Source of the DNA: Candidatus Shapirobacteria bacterium | Lineage (GTDB): Bacteria; Patescibacteriota; Microgenomatia; UBA12405 | Length of the DNA: 64,000 bases | Reading direction: 5' to 3' | NCBI GenBank assembly: GCA_028704635.1 | Contig: JAQWFB010000002.1 | Span: forward strand, 693-64,692 | Shown here: piece after piece, positions 1-8,904 of the stretch | Layout: every line of letters begins with the position of its first letter | Position numbering within the stretch: position 1 is the stretch's first letter | The notes under the pieces: generated by a model | Databases searched by the model: none | The model's input: only the letters and a program-made list of their open reading frames with translations | Told to the model about the DNA's origin: nothing | Position numbers and translations under genes: made by a program

Positions 1-155
1 CTAGTCTGACCAGACCAACAGGTATCAAAATCTGTCGCTTTACTTCTATTCTCCTGACTCTGTTGAACCAATTTTGTCGTTATTGGAAGCGCAATCGCTA
101 TCACCAACATTGCCACCATAACTACTATTGAAGCTATCCCTTTTTGTTTATTCAT
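1..155 (-). CDS. 5' part of a secreted/membrane protein with pilin-like N-terminus (runs off window)
   Basis: Manual translation from ATG at 155: MNKQKGIASIVVMVAMLVIAIALPITTKLVQQSQENRSKA..., basic KG followed by a hydrophobic helix. Confidence 0.6.
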   Translation of the reverse strand, partial: MNKQKGIASIVVMVAMLVIAIALPITTKLVQQSQENRSKATDFDTCWSGQT

Positions 156-257
156 TTTTTATAAAAACATTTGATAGAAAAGTAAACCACTTTTAAAAAA
201 CTCTGTCAACCGATCATTTATTAAATAAACTTAAAATTAACTGAATTTCTTAAATCC

Positions 258-1304
258 CTAAAAAATTCTTCTAATATCCCCAATTGTAATCAACAAAATT
301 AAACCTAATAGAACCATCATCCCGATATTATTTACAACAATTTCAAATTTTTGATTTGCTTTTTTTCTAAAAATCATTTCATATAACACAAACACAATTC
401 TGCCACCATCCAACGCTGGAAATGGTAAAACATTCACCACTGCTAAATTAACTGAAACAATTCCAAAAAAATGAATCACTGCTAATAATCCCTGATTATT
501 CTTAATCGAACTAGTTGCCTCATACATTCCCACTGGACCACTAACATCTTTTGGCACATGACCAGTCACCAAACCCCATACCATTTCTCCAACTCCATTA
601 ATAATTATTTTCCCCCAATAAAAAGCCTCTTTAAATCCTGCCCCAATTCCTTCATAAAATCGATACCAAGGTACCTTCACCATTTCTGTGTTTGAAATCG
701 CAATTCCAACACTTCCCTCTCCTTCCGGTGGATTTTCTCTAACTTCTACATCAAAATCTTTTTCTACTTGAGAAACTTGATAAACTTTCAACTTAACAAA
801 CTGTCCTTTATATTTTGCCACTTCTGTTGTTAATTCACTCGGTGTTTTAATTTCTTTATCAGCTACTTTCAAAATCACATCATTTTCTTTTAATCCCGCT
901 TTTTCCGCTGGCGAATCTTTTGAGATCCCAATAATTGCCACTTTGTTTGTTTCTTTTGGTACTCCCAAAATTGCATAAACCACACTAAAAATCACCACCG
1001 CCAAAACTAAATTCATTAGCACTCCACCCAAAACAATTAATAGTTTTTGCCAAGGATTTTTATTATTAAAAGCATCTTTTCCTTTTCCATCACCATCCTC
1101 ACCATACAACCTACAAAAACCTCCAATCATCAACCAATTTATACTATATATAGTATCTCCGAATTTTTTTCCAATAATTCTTGGCGGCAATCCTAATCCA
1201 AATTCCTCCACTTTTACACCAGTTTTTCTGGCCGCAATAAAATGCCCCCACTCATGAACCAAAACCAATACCGACAACGCCAAGATAAAAAATATTAAAT
1301 CCAT
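258..1304 (-). CDS. rseP: RIP metalloprotease RseP (M50, PDZ)
   Basis: HEWGH zinc motif, PDZ-like middle, NVLPFPALDGG motif; downstream of frr. Confidence 0.93.
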   Translation of the reverse strand: MDLIFFILALSVLVLVHEWGHFIAARKTGVKVEEFGLGLPPRIIGKKFGDTIYSINWLMIGGFCRLYGEDGDGKGKDAFNNKNPWQKLLIVLGGVLMNLVLAVVIFSVVYAILGVPKETNKVAIIGISKDSPAEKAGLKENDVILKVADKEIKTPSELTTEVAKYKGQFVKLKVYQVSQVEKDFDVEVRENPPEGEGSVGIAISNTEMVKVPWYRFYEGIGAGFKEAFYWGKIIINGVGEMVWGLVTGHVPKDVSGPVGMYEATSSIKNNQGLLAVIHFFGIVSVNLAVVNVLPFPALDGGRIVFVLYEMIFRKKANQKFEIVVNNIGMMVLLGLILLITIGDIRRIF

Positions 1305-1324
1305 TTTTACATTTTAACAAAACA

Positions 1325-1876
1325 TTATCCTCTAATCTCAAGCTCTTTTTTCTTAGCCACTTCTTCCAATTTTCCAATATACAAATCTGTCGTCTTTTGT
1401 AATTCAGTTTCATTTTTTCTAAATTCATCTTCAGAAACAGTTTTTTCCTGCTTAGCTTTCTGTAAATCAGATCTAAAATCAGCTCGAGCATCACGAATCA
1501 TTACTCTTGCCCCCTCTAATTTTCTTCCTAAAAGTTTTACATAATCCTCTCTTTGCTCCACTGTCAACATTGGCAAATTCATTCTAATTATTTGACCATC
1601 AATTGATGGCATCATTCCAATATTTGCCGCTTCAATTCCATTGTTTATTTCTCGAATCAAAGTCTGATCCCATGGTTCAAAAGTTAAACTTCGAACATCA
1701 GGAACTCCAATTGATCCTAATTCAATTAATCTCATTTTTTGTCCACCATAAACCGTCACCACCACATTCTCAATTAATCCCGGTGTCGCCCTCCCCGTTC
1801 TAATCGATGCAATATCATTTACAAACAAAGCAGTAATTTTATCCATTCGGGTTTTTACATCAGTGAAATTTATCAT
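1325..1876 (-). CDS. frr: ribosome recycling factor
   Basis: SIRTGRATP motif, PMLTVEQRE, tsf-frr synteny. Confidence 0.96.
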   Translation of the reverse strand: MINFTDVKTRMDKITALFVNDIASIRTGRATPGLIENVVVTVYGGQKMRLIELGSIGVPDVRSLTFEPWDQTLIREINNGIEAANIGMMPSIDGQIIRMNLPMLTVEQREDYVKLLGRKLEGARVMIRDARADFRSDLQKAKQEKTVSEDEFRKNETELQKTTDLYIGKLEEVAKKKELEIRG

Positions 1877-1898
1877 ACCCTGATTATACCAAACAAAA

Positions 1899-1954
1899 CC
1901 TCCCCTTCTTCAAGGGGAGGTGGATTTCGATGTAATCGAAAGACAGAGGGGTTT
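1899..1954. repeat. CCCTT..AAGGG double-hairpin dispersed repeat
   Basis: cctccccttcttcaaggggagg + ttcgatgtaatcgaa + agaggggttt; related copies at 12849, 45410, 48533. Confidence 0.6.
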
Positions 1955-2411
1955 AAATCTCAAATCTTGCGAATCTATTGATTTTCATATTTTCGCCAAA
2001 TTTAGCAATTAAAGCCTTAACCATCTCATCAATGGTTTTACTTGAATCTTTAATAAATTCTTGTTTAAGTAATTCTTCTACTGTTTCTGGATTCATAGCT
2101 GCTACTTGTAAACAAAGATCTCTGGTCAAAGCCAAAAAATCCTCATTCTTAGCCACAAAATCAGTTTCACATAAAAGCTCCACCATGACTCCAATTTTGC
2201 CGGTTGAATGGGTATAAGTTGCTACTCTTCCCTGATTAGTTTCTCTTTCGGTTTTAGATTCCGCCTTTTTAAAACCTTTTTCTTTTAAAATTTCCTTGGC
2301 TCTTTTTTCATCGCCTTCAGCTTCTTCTAAAGCTGCTTTGATTTCCATAATCCCCAAGCCCATCTCAGCTCGAAGTTTTTTAACTAATTCAATTATATTT
2401 TTTTGATCCAT
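1953..2411 (-). CDS. tsf: elongation factor Ts (short form)
   Basis: VKKLRAEMGLGIME, ELLCETDFVA motif; 152 aa. Confidence 0.96.
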   Translation of the reverse strand: MDQKNIIELVKKLRAEMGLGIMEIKAALEEAEGDEKRAKEILKEKGFKKAESKTERETNQGRVATYTHSTGKIGVMVELLCETDFVAKNEDFLALTRDLCLQVAAMNPETVEELLKQEFIKDSSKTIDEMVKALIAKFGENMKINRFARFEI

Positions 2412-2426
2412 AATTTTATTTTTAAA

Positions 2427-3341
2427 TTATTTAACTCCTGCTGCTTTAATTGCTTTTCCAATTTCTTCAACAATTAAAGTCACACTTTTAACACTATCGT
2501 CGTTTGCTGGAACAGCAAAATCAATTTTAAATGGATTAGCATCACTATCAACAATGCCCACTACTTTAACGTTTCTAAGTTTTGCTTCTTTAATAGCTGT
2601 TTTTTCAAAACCAGCATCAACCACAAATAAAATATCAAAAAATTTATCAACCCCAACTAAACCACCAACAATTTTTTCTAGTCTGGCAATTTCTTTATTC
2701 ATTTGTGACAACTCCTTTTTAGTAGCATCAACAAATTTACCTTTTTCTAAACCTTCCCTAAGATCAGTCAATTTTTTAACATTCTTTTTAATTTGATCCC
2801 AATTAGAAATAGTCCCACCTAACCATCTGTCAGTTACATAAGGCACACCAGCTTCCATTGCTACTCTTCGAACCACTTCGCGAGCTTGTCGTTTAGTTCC
2901 CACTAAAACTATTTGTTTACCATTTCTTTTACTGTTGTAAATAAAATTACAAGCTTTTTCTAAAGATTCCAAAGTTTTAACCAAATCAAAAACTTGAACT
3001 CCATCTTTTTGAGTATAAACATTCTCTAATGCTTTTGGATGAGTTTTAGAAATTTTGTGTCCTAAATGACTTCCAGCCGCTAATAAATCTTTAAGTCCAA
3101 TAGTTAAATTGTATTTCTTATCTTCCTTGGCCACCATAGCTTTAGTGTCGACGATCTCATTGATTTCACTCTTTTTCTTATCCAAGGCAATTTTTTCCAA
3201 AGCCACTTTTTCATTCATCTTTTTGATGTTTTCAGAAGTGATATTGCTTTGAGTTTTTGTCTTAACTACCAAAGCTTTTTTAACCAAAGATTTTCCGCTT
3301 CGGTTGACGGTTTTTGTGATTACTTTCTTTTTTTCTGTCAT
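2427..3341 (-). CDS. rpsB: 30S ribosomal protein S2 with Lys-rich N-terminal extension
   Basis: LLAAGSHLGH, VGTKRQA, RWLGGTISN, PANDDS motifs. Confidence 0.96.
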   Translation of the reverse strand: MTEKKKVITKTVNRSGKSLVKKALVVKTKTQSNITSENIKKMNEKVALEKIALDKKKSEINEIVDTKAMVAKEDKKYNLTIGLKDLLAAGSHLGHKISKTHPKALENVYTQKDGVQVFDLVKTLESLEKACNFIYNSKRNGKQIVLVGTKRQAREVVRRVAMEAGVPYVTDRWLGGTISNWDQIKKNVKKLTDLREGLEKGKFVDATKKELSQMNKEIARLEKIVGGLVGVDKFFDILFVVDAGFEKTAIKEAKLRNVKVVGIVDSDANPFKIDFAVPANDDSVKSVTLIVEEIGKAIKAAGVK

Positions 3342-3445
3342 TTTTTTCCTTATTTTTTGATTTTTAACACAGGGAATAATTTTACCCAGGATAAATACAT
3401 GTTAAAAATTTAAGAATTATTAACTCAAGGATTATATCACAAAAT

Positions 3446-3619
3446 CTAACCTCTTCTAACCTTAGACTCTCTTATTCTCTCTTGTAATATCTGAAATTTC
3501 ATTACTTCTTCAACTGAACCTTCCCCTGTTTCTAATTTTCCACGCAATTCTTCAAGATTTTTACTTCTCTTAGAGAGTATTATTTCCTCTCTTTTAATAC
3601 TATTAATATTTTCTTTCAT
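3446..3619 (-). CDS. hypothetical small protein (57 aa)
   Basis: Manual ORF MKENINSIKREEIILSKRSKNLEELRGKLETGEGSVEEVMKFQILQERIRESKVRRG; purine-rich like other minus-strand genes. Confidence 0.5.
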   Translation of the reverse strand: MKENINSIKREEIILSKRSKNLEELRGKLETGEGSVEEVMKFQILQERIRESKVRRG

Positions 3620-3677
3620 AGTGAATATTTATAAAAAAACAACCCGAAAATACTAAAACTTTTAAAAACAACAAAAT

Positions 3678-3717
3678 GGAAAAGGGTGGAGAAAGATTCT
3701 CCTCTCCACCCTTTTCC
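3678..3717 (-). terminator. 15-bp hairpin after micropeptide cluster
   Basis: ggaaaagggtggaga / tctccacccttttcc inverted repeat right after the stop at 3722. Confidence 0.65.
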
Positions 3718-3721
3718 GGCA

Positions 3722-3862
3722 CTATTTCTGCTTTGATTTTTTATTGCCACTTTTTTTCTTATTCCCATTCTTAGAACGAGTTAATCTTTTTTCATCCCTA
3801 CTTGAAAAACCCTCTTGTCCTTTTTTACCTTCTAATCTTGCAGCCTGACTTCTTGTCAACAT
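3722..3862 (-). CDS. small basic protein (46 aa)
   Basis: MLTRSQAARLEGKKGQ...KKSKQK preceded by AAGAGGAGTGT SD. Confidence 0.5.
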   Translation of the reverse strand: MLTRSQAARLEGKKGQEGFSSRDEKRLTRSKNGNKKKSGNKKSKQK

Positions 3863-3887
3863 ATTAATCAACACACTCCTCTTGTTT

Positions 3888-4049
3888 TTATTTTTTCTTC
3901 TTATTTCTTTTATTGCCAAAACCACTGTGACTGTCTAAATCCCATTGAAGTTTTTCAATCTGAGCGATTGTTCTGGGATCATGCCTTCCTGATTCACATA
4001 ATTGCTTTAATTCCTTTTTTTTTGCCGATGCATTTCCACTCACAACCAT
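3888..4049 (-). CDS. small basic protein (53 aa)
   Basis: MVVSGNASAKKKELKQLCESGRHDPRTIAQIEKLQWDLDSHSGFGNKRNKKKK preceded by AAGAGGAGTGT. Confidence 0.5.
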   Translation of the reverse strand: MVVSGNASAKKKELKQLCESGRHDPRTIAQIEKLQWDLDSHSGFGNKRNKKKK

Positions 4050-4073
4050 ACACTCCTCTTATTTTTTATCCTT

Positions 4074-4178
4074 CTAATCTAACTGTTTCGCTTGATATTT
4101 ACACACCACCAAACTTTCTGTTTTCTTTTTTTTGCCTTTTTTCTTCGGAGTAGTTTTTGTTGTTATTTTTTTACCCAT
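4074..4178 (-). CDS. small Lys-rich peptide (34 aa)
   Basis: MGKKITTKTTPKKKGKKKKTESLVVCKYQAKQLD, preceded by AAGGGA. Confidence 0.35.
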   Translation of the reverse strand: MGKKITTKTTPKKKGKKKKTESLVVCKYQAKQLD

Positions 4179-4345
4179 GCCAAAACATCCCTTTCTTCCA
4201 CAGACTTCCTCAAATTATAGTATTTTCGGATTATCAAAGTACTTTAAAAATTTAAACCAAAATAGCCACTACTTTAGCCAAATTTTCAGAAATTATAACA
4301 CATCTTTCACTAATTGCCTTTTCTGTTTTATAATAAGAGTACTTT

Positions 4346-6511
4346 ATGTCCGAAACGGCAACTCTTTCTATTTTTGAAGTTCGTTTGCCTCAAAACAATG
4401 AATATACTTTTGAGTCGATGTCTGCTTTGTTGTCAAATTTCACTCAAGTTTCCAATCTTTCTTTTTTTGAAAAATTAATTGGCAAAAGAAAAACTATCGT
4501 TTCTCTAGAAATTGTCCTAAAAGACGGCCAAATTCATTTTTATATCGTCGCTCTTTCCGACAATAGTGAATTTCTTCGTTCTCAAATTTTAGCCCAATAT
4601 TCCACTGCCGTTTTAAAAGATACTAAAGATTATTTAACTGAACTTAATCCTCAATTACCTATCAGCTTCACTCAACTCGGTCTTGGTCGACCATCAAACT
4701 ACCCCACTAAAACTGCCAAAGATTTTAAAGATACCGATCCTCTTACCTCTGTTTTAGCTCCTCTTTCTCGATCCAACAATCCTCAAGATTTTTTTCTTTT
4801 TCAAATCCTTTTAAGTGGTGCTCCTAAAAATTGGCAAAGTGGTGTTGTTAGCACCATCCAAAATGGAATTTTAGTCGACAAAGAAAGAAATATTCGCACT
4901 GCCCACCCAGACAAAGCCATCTTCGAACAAAAAATTCAATTTCCTGGCCTTTTAACCCAAATCAATCTCTTCAGTAACAATCCCGGTCTCACCGCTTCTG
5001 TTTCCTCGTCTTTTGGCGCTTACACCAATCCTCGTGGTAATTTTATTAAAAGTTTCAGTCCTGGTTATTTTACTAAAAAGAAACTTCAAGAATCAATTTC
5101 TACTCGTGAATTTAATACTAAATTAAAAAGCCAAATTTTTAATACCGAAGAATTGGCCGCCATTTGGCATTTCCCTAATCAAAATACCAAACTTCCCAAC
5201 ATTGCTTGGGGTAAAAAACTTTATTCTGATCCACCCGAGAATCTTCCGATTGCTGACAATCTCACTCCCGAGGAAAAAAATGAAATTACTTTTTTTGCCA
5301 AAACCGAATTTAGAAATAAAGATTCTATTTTTGGTATCAAAGAAGGCGAAGACCGTCGTCGCCACACCTACATCATCGGTAAATCTGGTACTGGTAAAAC
5401 TACTTTAATTTCTAATATGGCCATCGACGACATCCGCAAAGGTCGAGGTGTTGCTGTTATCGATCCACACGGTGACTTATGTAACACCATTCTTGATTAT
5501 ATTCCTTCCAATCGTATCAACGATTGTTGTTATTTTAATCCCGCCGATCCAGAATATGCCTATCCTCTCAACGTTTTAGAAGCCAAAAACGAATCCCAAA
5601 AAGAATTAATTGCTTCTGGTGTTCTTTCTATCTTTAAAAAACTTTATGGCAATGTCTCCTGGGGACCACGTCTCGAACATATTTTACGAAATGCTGTTTT
5701 AACTCTAGTTAACACTCCAGGTTCTGATATGACTCATATCGTCGAAATTTTAACCAATAAAAATTTTCGTGAACGAGCTGTCGCCGGTTTAACTAATCAA
5801 ACTCTCAAAAATTTCTGGAACAACGAATTTGGTCGCATGGATCCCAAATTTCAGAACGAAGCTGTCTCACCAATTTTAAACAAAGTTGGTCAGTTTATTT
5901 CTTCCACTAAAATCCGAAACACCGTCGCCCATGCTAAATCTAAAATAAATATCCAAGAGATTATGGATCAAAAGAAAATTTTAATTGCCGATTTATCAAC
6001 CGGCCGTCTTGGTGAAGACAATTCTGCTCTTCTTGGTGCCATGTTAATCACTCAAATTCAATTGTCGGCTATGAATCGTGTTTTTCAAGCTGCCGAAGAA
6101 CGTTCTGATTTCTATTTATATGTTGATGAATTTCAAAATTTTGCCACCGAAGCTTTTATTAAAATTCTTTCCGAAGCCCGTAAGTTTAAATTAAATTTAA
6201 TTATCGCCAATCAATATATGTCCCAACTCGATCGCACTATTCAAGATGCCATTCTCGGCAATGTTGGTTCCATTATGTCTTTTGTTGTTGGTAATCAAGA
6301 TGCTTTTATCCTCGCTAAAGAATTTGGTCCTCAATTTCCACCAGAAGATCTAATTAAAATCGGTAAATATCAAATTGTTTGTAAACTTTCCATCGATTCC
6401 GAAACTACCAGGCCTTTTTATGCAAACACCCTTTCTCCCCTTTCCTGTAAAAACCAACAACGAGACAAACTCATCGCCGCCTCCCAACAACGCTGGGGTA
6501 AGAAACTATAA
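4346..6511 (+). CDS. VirB4/TraG-like (HerA-FtsK family) P-loop ATPase, CPR type
   Basis: Walker A GKSGTGKT, IDPHGDL, Walker B LYVDEFQNF, EARKF, ANQY. Confidence 0.88.
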   Translation: MSETATLSIFEVRLPQNNEYTFESMSALLSNFTQVSNLSFFEKLIGKRKTIVSLEIVLKDGQIHFYIVALSDNSEFLRSQILAQYSTAVLKDTKDYLTELNPQLPISFTQLGLGRPSNYPTKTAKDFKDTDPLTSVLAPLSRSNNPQDFFLFQILLSGAPKNWQSGVVSTIQNGILVDKERNIRTAHPDKAIFEQKIQFPGLLTQINLFSNNPGLTASVSSSFGAYTNPRGNFIKSFSPGYFTKKKLQESISTREFNTKLKSQIFNTEELAAIWHFPNQNTKLPNIAWGKKLYSDPPENLPIADNLTPEEKNEITFFAKTEFRNKDSIFGIKEGEDRRRHTYIIGKSGTGKTTLISNMAIDDIRKGRGVAVIDPHGDLCNTILDYIPSNRINDCCYFNPADPEYAYPLNVLEAKNESQKELIASGVLSIFKKLYGNVSWGPRLEHILRNAVLTLVNTPGSDMTHIVEILTNKNFRERAVAGLTNQTLKNFWNNEFGRMDPKFQNEAVSPILNKVGQFISSTKIRNTVAHAKSKINIQEIMDQKKILIADLSTGRLGEDNSALLGAMLITQIQLSAMNRVFQAAEERSDFYLYVDEFQNFATEAFIKILSEARKFKLNLIIANQYMSQLDRTIQDAILGNVGSIMSFVVGNQDAFILAKEFGPQFPPEDLIKIGKYQIVCKLSIDSETTRPFYANTLSPLSCKNQQRDKLIAASQQRWGKKL

Positions 6512-6512
6512 A

Positions 6513-8507
6513 CTAAGGCTTTTTCCATCCTGCCCATTTACAAGTCGGATATTTTGAGCAACCATAAAACTTTCGTCCAGTTTTAGTTTTGCGAACTACC
6601 CCCTCAGCCCCACACTCCGGACACTTAAATCCTGCATCCTCTTGATATTGTTTTGTATATTTACAATCAGGAAAACGATCACAAGAAATAAATTTTCCAA
6701 ATCTTCCCAATCTAATTACTAAATTTCCGTCTTTACACTCTGGACATTTTTCTCCTGTTTTTTCCGTTTCCACTTTAACCCTTTCACTTTTGTTCTCTGC
6801 TAATTTTAATTCTTTTTCAAATTTTTTCCAAAAATCTTTCATCATTTTTTTCCAATCTTCTTTTCCCAATGACACCTTATCTAAAGTTTCTTCCATTTCC
6901 GCTGTAAAAGGTAGAGATAAAATATTTTCAAAATTTTTCACCAAAAATTCGTTGGTCGCCTGTCCTAAAACTGTCGGTCTAAATTTACCCTCTTCTCTTT
7001 CAATATATTGTCTTAATAAAATAGTTGAAATAATTGGAGCATAAGTTGATGGTCTGCCAATCCCTTGTTTTTCTAAACTGGACACCAAACTGGCATCACT
7101 GTATCGCGGCATTGGATTAGTTTCCGACTCCACCGACCATGACTTTTTGCCCTCAATTTTTTCATTTTCTTTTAATTCTGGCAACACCTGATCTTCATGT
7201 TTATCACCAGTAATTTTTAAAAATCCATCGAACAACATTCTTACTCCTTTAGACTCAAAAATCCCATTGCCATTGGAAAATAAAATAGTCGTATTTTTCA
7301 TTATTGCTGCCGCCGCTTGGGTTGCCACCGCCCTTTTCCAGATCATTTCATACAATTTATTTTCCCTAACATCACCATCATCAATAGTCGGTCTTGATAC
7401 ATTTGTTGGTCTAATTGCCTCATGTGCCTCTTGAGCATTTTTGGCCGTATTTTTATACAATCTAATTTTTGGTACCACATAATTTTGACCAAATTCTTTT
7501 TCAATATATTTTCTAAATTCACCAATTGCCTTCTCAGATAAATAGACCGAATCGGTTCGATGATAAGTAATTAACCCTTTTTCATAAAGTTTTTGAGCCA
7601 CACTCATTGTTTGTTTACCCGACCAACCCATTTTTCTAGATGCCGCCTGTTGTAATTTTGAAGTGGTAAATGCTGGCAATGGTAATCGAGAAACTTCTCT
7701 CTCTAAAACTTTTGTAATTAAAAATACTTTTTCTAAATTTTTTATATATCCATCAGCATCATTCTGTGTCTTAAAACAAGAACTGGTAAAAGAATATTCA
7801 CCATCAAACAATTTTATTTTGTCTGTTTTATAAATATTTTTTCCATCAACTTTAATCAATTCTGCATTAAATTTTTGACCACCTTTTTTTAATTCACTGT
7901 AGATTGAAAAATATTTTTCTTTTTTAAAAGCTTCGATTTCTTTTTCTCTTTCGCAAATCAATCTTACTGCCACCGACTGAACTCTTCCTGCTGACAATCC
8001 TCTTCTCACTTTTTTCCATAAAATTGGTGACAAACTATAACCCACCACTCGATCTAACACTCTTCTGCCTTGTTGAGCATTCACCAAATCCATATCAATT
8101 TCTCGCGATTTTTTTAAAGCTTCTTCAATTGCCTCTTTTGTAATTTCATGGAAAGTTACTCTAGATATTAATTTTTTATCAACTGGTTTTTTTGCATTTA
8201 AAAGAATCCATTTCACATGCCAAGAAATTGCTTCTCCTTCACGATCAGGATCAGACGCTAAAAGAATCTGTTTTGCAGATTTTGAAGCCTTTACTAACTC
8301 ATCAACCACTTTTTTCTTTTTATTATCAATCACATATTCCACTTCAAAATTTTTAAAATCCACTGCCATTTTATTTGTCGGCAAATCTCGAATATGTCCC
8401 ACAGTTGCTAATACTTTATAATCATTACCTAAATATTTCCCTATAGTTCTGGCTTTTGTTGGTGATTCTACAATTAATAGTTTTTTCATTTTATCTCTCA
8501 TTCTCAT
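6513..8507 (-). CDS. topA: DNA topoisomerase I
   Basis: IVESPTKA, DPDREGEAI, SAGRVQS, ITYHRTDS, C-terminal Zn ribbons. Confidence 0.97.
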   Translation of the reverse strand: MRMRDKMKKLLIVESPTKARTIGKYLGNDYKVLATVGHIRDLPTNKMAVDFKNFEVEYVIDNKKKKVVDELVKASKSAKQILLASDPDREGEAISWHVKWILLNAKKPVDKKLISRVTFHEITKEAIEEALKKSREIDMDLVNAQQGRRVLDRVVGYSLSPILWKKVRRGLSAGRVQSVAVRLICEREKEIEAFKKEKYFSIYSELKKGGQKFNAELIKVDGKNIYKTDKIKLFDGEYSFTSSCFKTQNDADGYIKNLEKVFLITKVLEREVSRLPLPAFTTSKLQQAASRKMGWSGKQTMSVAQKLYEKGLITYHRTDSVYLSEKAIGEFRKYIEKEFGQNYVVPKIRLYKNTAKNAQEAHEAIRPTNVSRPTIDDGDVRENKLYEMIWKRAVATQAAAAIMKNTTILFSNGNGIFESKGVRMLFDGFLKITGDKHEDQVLPELKENEKIEGKKSWSVESETNPMPRYSDASLVSSLEKQGIGRPSTYAPIISTILLRQYIEREEGKFRPTVLGQATNEFLVKNFENILSLPFTAEMEETLDKVSLGKEDWKKMMKDFWKKFEKELKLAENKSERVKVETEKTGEKCPECKDGNLVIRLGRFGKFISCDRFPDCKYTKQYQEDAGFKCPECGAEGVVRKTKTGRKFYGCSKYPTCKWAGWKKP

Positions 8508-8532
8508 CTATAGTACCATCTCTGTCAAGCCA

Positions 8533-8844
8533 TCAATGTTTTCTTAATTTTAAAGGTACTATTTTAATTGGCAATATTTTTCCATCTAAATTCATTCTTT
8601 TTCTAGTAACCATATTTGGTCTCAAAATCAATTTGCAATCATCATTTTCACCTTGGATTTCTTCCAATACTCTCTTACCAACATTAAGCTTATAATCACT
8701 CTTGTAACCTTCAGAACCACCATCATCAATCGACACCATCTCTCCATTCGATTTTTTCAAAGAAACCAAACTACCCCGACAAACTTTTTTTATTTGACGT
8801 TTTTCATTCCATTCTCTTAAAGATCCTAAACATTTTTCAACCAT
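8533..8844 (-). CDS. hypothetical protein
   Basis: 103-aa ORF filling the gap between mrdA and topA, same strand. Confidence 0.5.
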   Translation of the reverse strand: MVEKCLGSLREWNEKRQIKKVCRGSLVSLKKSNGEMVSIDDGGSEGYKSDYKLNVGKRVLEEIQGENDDCKLILRPNMVTRKRMNLDGKILPIKIVPLKLRKH

Positions 8845-8904
8845 CTTTTTATTTAATTACTAACCTATTTTAGGGATTATTGTAACATACCCCAAAATTT
8901 TAAT

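Noticed and set aside
4346-6511. Conjugative element around the VirB4/TraG-like ATPase
   Set aside because: No relaxase, other T4SS genes or integrase; host-like codon usage and housekeeping neighbours.
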